From NCBI GenBank assembly GCA_039803745.1, contig JBDRZD010000024.1, positions 1 through 24,026 on the forward strand: 24,026 nucleotides of DNA, in the 5' to 3' direction. Position numbers and translations under genes: made by a program. This document shows, piece by piece, positions 9,077-16,976 of the stretch (its first letter is position 1; each line of letters opens with the position of its first letter). Origin of the DNA: a candidate division WOR-3 bacterium (GTDB lineage Bacteria; Hydrothermota; Hydrothermia; Hydrothermales; Hydrothermaceae). Below the pieces are notes generated by a model. The model was not told where the DNA came from, ran no database searches, and saw only the letters and a program-made list of their open reading frames with translations.

Positions 9077-10227
9077 TTTTTCCAGAAAGGCGACATTTGT
9101 CTTAATTTGTTTATAACATTTGGTAGAACTTTTTTAACCTTTTCAACATCATTTTCAGTATTAAATTTTCCAAAACTAAATCTTATATTTCCATGAGCAA
9201 TTTCATGGGGGATTCCCATTGCAAGCAGGACATGAGAAGGTTCAAGGGAGCCAGAGGTGCATGCAGAACCTGAAGAAACCATTATTCCTTCAAAATCAAG
9301 ATTTAAAAGTATTGATTCACCCTCAATATATTTAAAACAAACAGATAAAATGTTATAAAGTCTTTTTTCCGGGTGCCCTAAAATCAAAACTTCAGGAATA
9401 TTTTCTTTTATGAAATTTTCAAGTTCGTCTCTTAATTTTTTGATTCTTAATTTATCTTTTTCCATCTCTTCTTTTCTTATTTCACATATCTTTCCAAATC
9501 CTATTATTCCTGGTACATTTTCAGTTCCCCCCCTTCTTCTTTTTTCATGGAATCCACCATGTAAAAGGTTTTCAAGTAACATTCCCTTTCTTACATAAAG
9601 GGCTCCAATTCCCTTTGGACCATGGAATTTATGAGCAGAAATTGAAAGCATATCCACACCGATTTCCTTTACATCAATTTTTTCCCATCCTGCCATAATA
9701 ACTGCATCGGTATGAAAGGGGATTCCATTTTCCCTTGCAATTTTTGCCATCTCTTTTATATCTTGAATAGTTCCAACTTCATTATTTGCATACATAATAC
9801 TTATTAAAATAGTATCCTTTCTTATTGCTTTTCTTAAATCATCAGGGTCAATAGTTCCATAATTATCAACATCAAGATATGTTACTTCAAATCCCTTTTT
9901 TTCAAGATATTTTATTGGCTCGAGTACTGAGAGATGCTCTATTTTTGAAGTTATTATATGCCCTTTACCCTTTTTAAATGCAATTCCCTTTATTGCAAAA
10001 TTATTTGCCTCTGTTCCACCCGATGTAAAAATTATTTCTTCAGGTGAAGAATTTATAAAATCTGCAATTTTTTTTCTCGCATTTTCCACATATTTTCTCA
10101 CTTCACTTCCAGATAAATATATAGAAGAGGGATTTTGAAACTTTTCTATTAAAAATGGCATCATCTCGTTTAAAACCCTTTCATCCAGAGGTGTGGTAGA
10201 AGTATTGTCAAGAAAAATTTTTATCAT
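9073..10227 (-). CDS. iscS: Cysteine desulfurase, group I (IscS/NifS)
   Basis: LDNxxTTP, FTSGGTEANN, EHxSV, HTDA, SAHKFHGPKG (PLP Lys), SSGSACTS (catalytic Cys), PSHVL. Confidence 0.96.
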   Translation of the reverse strand: MIKIFLDNTSTTPLDERVLNEMMPFLIEKFQNPSSIYLSGSEVRKYVENARKKIADFINSSPEEIIFTSGGTEANNFAIKGIAFKKGKGHIITSKIEHLSVLEPIKYLEKKGFEVTYLDVDNYGTIDPDDLRKAIRKDTILISIMYANNEVGTIQDIKEMAKIARENGIPFHTDAVIMAGWEKIDVKEIGVDMLSISAHKFHGPKGIGALYVRKGMLLENLLHGGFHEKRRRGGTENVPGIIGFGKICEIRKEEMEKDKLRIKKLRDELENFIKENIPEVLILGHPEKRLYNILSVCFKYIEGESILLNLDFEGIMVSSGSACTSGSLEPSHVLLAMGIPHEIAHGNIRFSFGKFNTENDVEKVKKVLPNVINKLRQMSPFWKK

Positions 10228-10628
10228 TTTTTCAAAATTATCCTTTCAATTTTTTTGCTTTTTAAAAAATTTTTTATTTTTAAATTTAAATCCATCCAGA
10301 TATTCTTGGTATAACAATTTTTGGAAATGACACAGCCTTTTTCTCCCATACAGGGTGCAATCTCAAATCCAATTTTTAATGCATTAAAAATATCAAGTAA
10401 ACTTATATTTTTCAAACTTTTATTTAAAACATAACCTCCACCAGGTCCTTTTATACTCTTTACTATTTTCTTTTCTTCAAGATAGGGCATTATCTGCTTT
10501 AAATATTTTTCAGAAATTTTATTTCTTTTTGCTATCTCTTTTAAATTTAAAGGCGCTTTTTTGTTCTCCTTTTTAAGTTCTTCAAGCACCTTTATCGTAT
10601 AATCTATTTTTTTAGGTATCCTTATCAT
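10224..10628 (-). CDS. Rrf2-family transcriptional regulator with three C-terminal Cys
   Basis: wHTH EIA..KISEKYLKQI, wing KGPGGGYVL, C93-x5-C99-x5-C105; first gene of the iscS operon. Confidence 0.92.
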   Translation of the reverse strand: MIRIPKKIDYTIKVLEELKKENKKAPLNLKEIAKRNKISEKYLKQIMPYLEEKKIVKSIKGPGGGYVLNKSLKNISLLDIFNALKIGFEIAPCMGEKGCVISKNCYTKNIWMDLNLKIKNFLKSKKIERIILKK

Positions 10629-10633
10629 AATAA

Positions 10634-10664
10634 GTTAGTTTATAACTAACCAATTTAAGTTATA
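10634..10664. promoter_or_regulatory. Putative Rrf2 operator (two overlapping inverted repeats)
   Basis: GTTAGTT-tat-AACTAAC (10634-10650) and TATAACT-N10-AGTTATA (10641-10664), lying between the -10 box and the ATG. Confidence 0.6.
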
Positions 10665-10665
10665 T

Positions 10666-10694
10666 ATAATAATGGATTTTTATAAAAAAAGCAA
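10666..10694 (-). promoter_or_regulatory. Putative sigma70 promoter of the Rrf2-iscS-nadA-iscU operon
   Basis: TTGCTT (10689-10694)-N17-TATTAT (10666-10671) in the 67-nt intergenic gap. Confidence 0.6.
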
Positions 10695-10695
10695 A

Positions 10696-12108
10696 TTAGC
10701 TATTCAAATAATTATTTTTTATATACTCAATTGCCTCTTCCTTTGTATTTATTATTTTTTCTGCTCTTTTTTCTTCAACATCCTGTAAAATTTTTTTAAA
10801 AATAGGTCCTGGTTTAAGTCCTAAATCAATCAAGTCATAACCTGTTATAAGGGGTTTTGGTCTTTCTTTTTTTGACTCTTCATAAAAAGAAACAACTTTT
10901 TCAAGTAAATCTTTTAAATATTTTGGATTTTTCCCAGGTGGTGTTGCCCTGAAATCAGCGTAGTCAAGTAAAAATAATGAAAACCAGACATCCTCTGTTT
11001 TTCTCAAATACCTGTATATTGCTCTTCTTGTTATTTCCTTTTCTTTCCCTAAAAGATGGGGATACATATGATTTTTTACAAGTTTCACAAGTATTTTTGT
11101 TTCTTTTCTTGAGAGTCTGTTTTCATAAGCCCATTTACTTGCAATCTTTGCTCCTTCCTTATCATGCCCATAAAACTTTGTTTTCCCTTCTTCAATTTTC
11201 ACAGTGAATGGTTTTGCTATGTCATGGAAAAAACCTGAAAGAAAAAGAATTGGCTTTTTTTCATATTCAAACCATTCTTTATAATAATTTTCATTAAATT
11301 TTGAAAAGAAGGTTTTTTTCAAATTTCTTTCAAGTTTTGCTATATTTTTAACAACATTTAAAGTATGTTCTAAAATGTTCATACTTACTCCTTCATAAAT
11401 CTGAAAAGAATTTTCTTGATATGTAAGTTCTGGTATAAGTTCAAATAAAATTCTTGTATCTTTTAATATGTCAATACTTTTTTCAACATACTTTCCCTTA
11501 CCAAACATTTCCCATACTTCATATTTAACTCTTTCTTTTGCTACATTTTTTAAAAGTTCCCTGTTTTTTTTCATCCATTCATAAGTTTTTTCTTCAATTT
11601 TAAATCCATAAAAGGAATGAAACCTTACTATTCTTAAAATTCTCAATGGGTCCATAATTAAATTTTCTTCTCTTGTTGTCTTTAAAATTCCATCCTCTAT
11701 ATCCTTTAATCCTCCTGTTATGTCCACAAGTTCCATTTTTCTTGGTTCAATTGCAATGCTGTTTATTGTTAAATCTCTTTTTTCTAAATCTTCTTCAATA
11801 CTTTTTCCTCTTAAAGGACTTACATCAATTGTATAAATTTTTTCTCTTTTTAAAACAATCCTGTATTCATTAAATTCTTCATCAAGCAAAAAGTATGTTC
11901 CTTTTACTCTTTTAGAGATTTCCTTTGAAACTCTTTCAGGTTCTCCATCTATTATAACTAAATCTATATCATAAGTATCTTCATTTAAAGCAAAGTTTCT
12001 TATAGAACCTCCAACAATATAAAATTTAAAAGGTATATCCCCAAAATTTTTGTATATCTCAAATACAGTTGATTTCTTAAAATTTTCAAATATTTTTGAT
12101 ATTCTCAT
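10696..12108 (-). CDS. Class II tRNA nucleotidyltransferase with HD domain, probably CC-adding type
   Basis: VGGSIRN...DIDL (motif A), RDLTINSIA (motif B), DPLRILR (motif D), ERV (motif E), HD domain (HTL...HDIAKP...GHD...NHM...D), C-terminal LITGYDLIDLGLKPGP. The flexible loop before motif B is missing. Confidence 0.88.
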   Translation of the reverse strand: MRISKIFENFKKSTVFEIYKNFGDIPFKFYIVGGSIRNFALNEDTYDIDLVIIDGEPERVSKEISKRVKGTYFLLDEEFNEYRIVLKREKIYTIDVSPLRGKSIEEDLEKRDLTINSIAIEPRKMELVDITGGLKDIEDGILKTTREENLIMDPLRILRIVRFHSFYGFKIEEKTYEWMKKNRELLKNVAKERVKYEVWEMFGKGKYVEKSIDILKDTRILFELIPELTYQENSFQIYEGVSMNILEHTLNVVKNIAKLERNLKKTFFSKFNENYYKEWFEYEKKPILFLSGFFHDIAKPFTVKIEEGKTKFYGHDKEGAKIASKWAYENRLSRKETKILVKLVKNHMYPHLLGKEKEITRRAIYRYLRKTEDVWFSLFLLDYADFRATPPGKNPKYLKDLLEKVVSFYEESKKERPKPLITGYDLIDLGLKPGPIFKKILQDVEEKRAEKIINTKEEAIEYIKNNYLNS

Positions 12109-13990
12109 AAAATCTCCTCACATCTTTTATATCATAAGTAATAGGAGCAGGTGGTAAACTTGAAAGAAAGAATTTCCCATAAGAACTTTTTAATATCCTT
12201 GAATCAAATATTGCAAAGCATCCTATATCTGTTTTCTTTCTTATTAATCTTCCAAAACCCTGTTTAAATCTTAAAATAGCAAGAGGTAATGAATAATTTA
12301 AAAAAGGATTTATATTTTCTTTTTTTAATAAGTTTATCTTTGCTTCATGATATGGTTCATCAGGGACATCAAAAGGTAGCCTTACAATTATTAAAAGTTC
12401 AAGGGCTTCACCGGGAACATCTATTCCTTCCCAGAAAGTTCCTGTTGCAAATAGGGATGTTATTTTTTCTTCTTTAAATTTTTTAAGTAAATTCCTTCTT
12501 GAATCCTCACCCTGAAAAAGGACAGGTGTTTTCATTTTTGGTAATAATTTTTTTACTTCCTTTAACATTTTATAAGATGTAAATAAAACGAGTGCTCTTC
12601 CACCAAATATTTCAATAAGTTCAGGTATTTTCTTTGATATATAAATAATAAATTTTTCTTCTTCCTTTGGACTTGGTGCCTCCTTATCAATATAAATTAT
12701 AACATTTTTTTTGTAAGGAAAATGGGATGGTAAAGAAATTGTTTTTATTTTTTCATCAATTCCAGCCTCTTTTATAAAAAAGAAAAAATCCTTTCCTGTT
12801 TTAATTGTTGCTGATGTAAAAAGGATTACAGGAAAATTTGGATATAAAAATTCTTTTAAATAATCACCGGGATTTAAAGGAGACTCTTTTAAAATTATCT
12901 CCTCTTCTTCTTTGGTAGCCCATTTCACATAATTTTCATTTTGTGAAAATATTATCCTTTCAATATTTTTTGAAAGAAGGGAAAGTTTTTCCTTGAAGTT
13001 TTTTGCATAAATTCCCTTTTCTCCTTTTGGAATTTTTACTTCTTCTGAAAGATTTAAAAGTCTTTCATGGATTTTCAAATCCTCAAATATTTCGCCTTCA
13101 ATTTTTCTCTTTTCACTTTCTCCAAGAAACTCTTCCAACTTTCTTTTTAATTCTTTCACTTCTCTATATGTTTTTTCAAGTAAATCTCTTTTATTTTTTA
13201 TAAATTTTTTCTCTGCAATTTCTTTAAAAAGTATACTTTCCAGATAATTTATATTTACTTCTATTCCATAAGTATTAACTGCATCCTCTATTATTCTTTG
13301 TGCCTCATCTATCACAAGGATTCCATCCTTTTTAATGTAAGGGAAATCGACAAGGGAATTTGCTAAGAGAAATGAGTGATTTGTTATTAAAATATCCGCA
13401 TTTTTCCATTTCCCTATGTTTTTAAATATATAGCAATCCATATAATAAGGACATTCTTTTTTTAAGCAATCTTCCTTTCTATATTTTAAAATTCCATACG
13501 AAATATTTTTTCCTTCAAGTTCTGATAAATCCCCATCTTTTGTTTTTTCAAGAAATTCAAAAATAATTTCAGTGTATAATTTTTTAGAAAAAATATCCTC
13601 TTCTTTTATTTTTAAAAGGCATATATAATTTTCAAGTCCCTGAGCAAGTTCAATGCTTATTCCATGAACTATTTTTTCTAATATCTTTACATCCTTATCA
13701 AAAAGTTGTTTTTGTAAGGTTTTTGTATGAGTTGAAATTACTGCGTTTTCAAAAATTTTTTCTTTTAAGGCAATTCCTATGGGAATTAAATAAGCAAAAC
13801 TTTTCCCAACCCCTGTTCCTGCCTCAATTATTATTTTGTCCTTTGATATTATTTTTTGATAAAAGGAAAGAGCCATTAATAGTTGAGAGTGTCTATATTC
13901 AAAGTCATTTATTTCATCTTTTATTAAAAATCCCTCTTTAAATATTTTTTCTAAAAGTTCTATATTTTTATCTTGTGATGTCAACTTCAT
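12086..13990 (-). CDS. dinG: DinG/YoaA-family ATP-dependent DNA helicase with Fe-S domain
   Basis: EAGTGVGKS, four Cys (NYIC...EDCLKKECPYYMDCY), ITNH, DEAQ, TSAT, LVLFTSY, FWEGIDVPG, QGFGRLIR. Start set at ATG 13990, which has GGAGGT upstream, rather than TTG 14008. Confidence 0.92.
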   Translation of the reverse strand: MKLTSQDKNIELLEKIFKEGFLIKDEINDFEYRHSQLLMALSFYQKIISKDKIIIEAGTGVGKSFAYLIPIGIALKEKIFENAVISTHTKTLQKQLFDKDVKILEKIVHGISIELAQGLENYICLLKIKEEDIFSKKLYTEIIFEFLEKTKDGDLSELEGKNISYGILKYRKEDCLKKECPYYMDCYIFKNIGKWKNADILITNHSFLLANSLVDFPYIKKDGILVIDEAQRIIEDAVNTYGIEVNINYLESILFKEIAEKKFIKNKRDLLEKTYREVKELKRKLEEFLGESEKRKIEGEIFEDLKIHERLLNLSEEVKIPKGEKGIYAKNFKEKLSLLSKNIERIIFSQNENYVKWATKEEEEIILKESPLNPGDYLKEFLYPNFPVILFTSATIKTGKDFFFFIKEAGIDEKIKTISLPSHFPYKKNVIIYIDKEAPSPKEEEKFIIYISKKIPELIEIFGGRALVLFTSYKMLKEVKKLLPKMKTPVLFQGEDSRRNLLKKFKEEKITSLFATGTFWEGIDVPGEALELLIIVRLPFDVPDEPYHEAKINLLKKENINPFLNYSLPLAILRFKQGFGRLIRKKTDIGCFAIFDSRILKSSYGKFFLSSLPPAPITYDIKDVRRFYENIKNI

Positions 13991-14723
13991 AGGAAGTAAA
14001 ACCTCCAAGTATTTTATGGTTTTTAAAAGAAAAGGAAAAATTTATGTTTTCAAAGGGTATTTCAAAGGCAAAGGAAAAAATTGGTGGTTCATTAACTATA
14101 CCAATTATTACCTGAATATTTTTCAAGATATTAAATTTTTGGGCAAGGTAAAAGGAAACATACTCTCCTTCGTAGTTTATATCAAAGAATGTTTCAAATT
14201 CTTTGTTTTCTTTAAAAGAAAAAGAGAGGGAAGTTGAAGAATTTATTCTTTCTGAAAAAATTTTTGGTGAATTTAAATTTAAAAGAAAAATGCCTGTTTT
14301 TAAATTATTCAACAAAAAGAAGGAAACTCCGAAATCTCCTGAAATTTTCCATTTTGAAATAATTTGTTTTATATAGAGATTGCAGAGTTTTAAATTTAAT
14401 CCAAAATTCATTCTTTCCCTTTCAAAGGAGATGCCACCCAGATAAATATTTTCTTTATAAAAATCTATTCCAAAATTCTCATAACCTATTCCAATATTTA
14501 TATTCTTTATATTTTTTAAAATCGCGCCTTCAAAAAAATTTAAACCGGGAATAGAGTAGGGGTTAGAATAGGAAAAAGAAAAAGATATATTTTTTTTATT
14601 AAACTTGCAAATTGATGGTGCATGAATCAGTGAAATTGCTTTTCCTTCTGTTTCAAATTTTGCAAGAGAAGGTGAAAAATTATAATCATAAAAAATTGAA
14701 AATATAAAAATTAAAACTTTCAT
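13968..14723 (-). CDS. Hypothetical protein, probable outer-membrane beta-barrel (PorV/PorQ-like)
   Basis: Short hydrophobic N-terminus and many alternating aromatic/hydrophobic strands (ISFSFSYS, IGIGYENFG, FGLNLK, GDFGVSF, FSFAFEI, NFSFSFK). ATGA-coupled to ogt. Confidence 0.6.
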   Translation of the reverse strand: MKVLIFIFSIFYDYNFSPSLAKFETEGKAISLIHAPSICKFNKKNISFSFSYSNPYSIPGLNFFEGAILKNIKNINIGIGYENFGIDFYKENIYLGGISFERERMNFGLNLKLCNLYIKQIISKWKISGDFGVSFFLLNNLKTGIFLLNLNSPKIFSERINSSTSLSFSFKENKEFETFFDINYEGEYVSFYLAQKFNILKNIQVIIGIVNEPPIFSFAFEIPFENINFSFSFKNHKILGGFTSYEVDITR

Positions 14724-15193
14724 TTTTCAAAATCAAGCAAAGCAATTTTCCAATTTATTCCATAAGAAAAACCACCAATTCCCTTTTTACCTATAACTCT
14801 GTGACAGGGAATAAATATGGGAAAGGGATTTTTTTTCATTATTTTTCCAACCTTTCTTGGAGAAATGTTAAAAATTTTTGCAATCTCTCCATAAGTTATC
14901 CTTTCAGAAAATTTTACATTTTTTCTCAAATATTCTAAAACTTTTTTCTCAAAAGTATTTATTCCTTCCCATAATAAAGGAATTTTTCTTAAAAATTTTT
15001 CATCCTTTTCTTTAAAATATTTATAAAGGGCTTTTCCGATACTATCTTTTCTTATTTTAATTTTTTTATTTTTTTTAAATTTCCCAAGCAAAACTTTTTT
15101 TATTTTGTTCCCTTCCAGAATTATGTTTATTTCACCAAATGGAGAATTATATTTTTTCAATCTTATGTAGTTTCTCATATATTTTTGTTGCAA
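14720..15193 (-). CDS. ogt: Methylated-DNA--protein-cysteine methyltransferase
   Basis: SPFG, TYGEIA, PRKVG, NPFPIFIPCHRVI (active-site PCHR), GGFSYG. The start is uncertain (TTG 15193 or ATG 15178); either overlaps the uvrC 3' end. Confidence 0.93.
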   Translation of the reverse strand: MQQKYMRNYIRLKKYNSPFGEINIILEGNKIKKVLLGKFKKNKKIKIRKDSIGKALYKYFKEKDEKFLRKIPLLWEGINTFEKKVLEYLRKNVKFSERITYGEIAKIFNISPRKVGKIMKKNPFPIFIPCHRVIGKKGIGGFSYGINWKIALLDFEK

Positions 15194-16976
15194 GCTTCTC
15201 TCCTATTCCCTTTACTTTTTTAATCTCTTCAATACTTGCAGAAAATATTCTTTCAGGGGAACCAAAATACCTTAAAAGCATTATTTTTTTCTCCCTGCCT
15301 ATTCCTTCTATCTCATCAAGTATTGATTTTTTAATTTTTTCCTTTCTTTTTTTTCTATGATAAGTTATCGCAAATCTGTGGGCTTCATTTCTTATTAACT
15401 TTAAAAGTTTCAGTGCATTTCTTTTATTTCTTGGACAGACAATCATCCTTCCATCTGGAAAATAAAGTTGATCAAAGGTCTTTGCAAAACTGCAAACACA
15501 CAGATTTTCTATACCTTCTTCTTTTAATGCCTTCACTGCAAAAGAAAGTTGTGGTTTACCCCCATCTATTATTAGAATATCAGGGAATTCCTTGTTTTCT
15601 TCTTTTAATCTTTTTATTCTTCTTTTTACAACTTCATAAATCATCTGTGCATCTGAAAAACTTTCAGTATATTTTATTTTATATTTTCTGTATTCGCTTT
15701 TCTTTGGTTTGCCCTTTTCAAAAACAACAACTGCTCCAACCCTCTCATCCCCAAAAGTCTGTGAAATATCAACTGCTTCAATTCTTTCAGGTAGTTTTTC
15801 AATATTAAATAAATCCTTTATCTCTATAAGAGAAACTGGCACCCTTTCTTTTAAAACACCCTTTTCTAAAAGTTTTTCATCAAGGGCGAGTTTTGCATTC
15901 TCATTTGCCATTTGGATTAATCTTTTTTCCTTTTCATCTTTTGGTTTAAAACTTATTTTTAAATTTAATTCCCTCTTTTCTTTTAAAACTTTTTCAATCA
16001 TCTCTTTATTTGGAATTTCAAAGGGTAAAAGGATTTTTCTTGCACCTATTATCCCCCTTGAGTAGAATTGAATCAGAAATTCTTCGATTATTTCTTCATC
16101 AGGTGTTTCTTCTGGAAATTCCAAAAGGTAATCCTCTTTATCCCATATTCTTCCTTTTCTTATCGGAATTATAAGGCACATTGCGTATTTTGAAACCCTT
16201 GAAAATCCAATAACATCAATAAATACATCTTCCTCCATATGAACCACATATCCTTTATGAATATCCCTTAAAGCAAATAATCTATCTCTTAAAATTGCTG
16301 CCTTTTCAAAATTTAAATTTTCTGAAGCAATTTTTATTTCATTTTCAAGCCACTTTTCAACATTTTCACTTTCCCCAGAAAAAAATTCAATTAATTTTCT
16401 TACATTTTCTCTATATTCTTCTTCAGAAATATTTCCAGGAACACATGGTGCAGGACATCTTTTTATATGGTATTCAAGGCATGGATTTATTTTTTGTCTT
16501 GATGGCAATTTGTATTTGCATGTTCTAATAGGAAATATTTTCAGGATTATTTTGAGTGTCTTCATTAATGATTTTGCAGAATGAAATGGTCCAAAGATTA
16601 AAGAGCCATCCTCTCTTATATCCCTTGTTTTAAATATCCTTGGATATTTTTCATTTAAAGTGATTTTAAGATATGGATATTTTTTATCATCCTTTAACCT
16701 TACATTGTATTTTGGTAAATATTTTTTAATTAAATTTGCTTCAAGTAAAAAACTATCCGCTTCTGAGTCAGTAACTATATAGTCAAAATCAAAGGTATTT
16801 GAAATTAATTTTTCAAATCTTGGGTGACGCAAAGAAATAGAAAAATGTTCCCTTACTCTTTCTTTTATATTTTTCGCTTTCCCAACATAAATCACATTTC
16901 CCTTTTTATCTTTAAATAAATAAACACCTGGAAGTTCTGGTAAATCTTTTATTTTCTCTTTAAGTTCATCTTGCAT
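15147..16976 (-). CDS. uvrC: Excinuclease ABC subunit C
   Basis: GIY-YIG (PGVYLF...IYVGKAK), PKYNVRLKDDKKYPY, Cys-rich region, FEKAAxxRD UVR domain, IEAVDIS/IDGG RNase H-like domain, tandem HhH. Confidence 0.98.
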   Translation of the reverse strand: MQDELKEKIKDLPELPGVYLFKDKKGNVIYVGKAKNIKERVREHFSISLRHPRFEKLISNTFDFDYIVTDSEADSFLLEANLIKKYLPKYNVRLKDDKKYPYLKITLNEKYPRIFKTRDIREDGSLIFGPFHSAKSLMKTLKIILKIFPIRTCKYKLPSRQKINPCLEYHIKRCPAPCVPGNISEEEYRENVRKLIEFFSGESENVEKWLENEIKIASENLNFEKAAILRDRLFALRDIHKGYVVHMEEDVFIDVIGFSRVSKYAMCLIIPIRKGRIWDKEDYLLEFPEETPDEEIIEEFLIQFYSRGIIGARKILLPFEIPNKEMIEKVLKEKRELNLKISFKPKDEKEKRLIQMANENAKLALDEKLLEKGVLKERVPVSLIEIKDLFNIEKLPERIEAVDISQTFGDERVGAVVVFEKGKPKKSEYRKYKIKYTESFSDAQMIYEVVKRRIKRLKEENKEFPDILIIDGGKPQLSFAVKALKEEGIENLCVCSFAKTFDQLYFPDGRMIVCPRNKRNALKLLKLIRNEAHRFAITYHRKKRKEKIKKSILDEIEGIGREKKIMLLRYFGSPERIFSASIEEIKKVKGIGEKLATKIYEKLHKIEKI

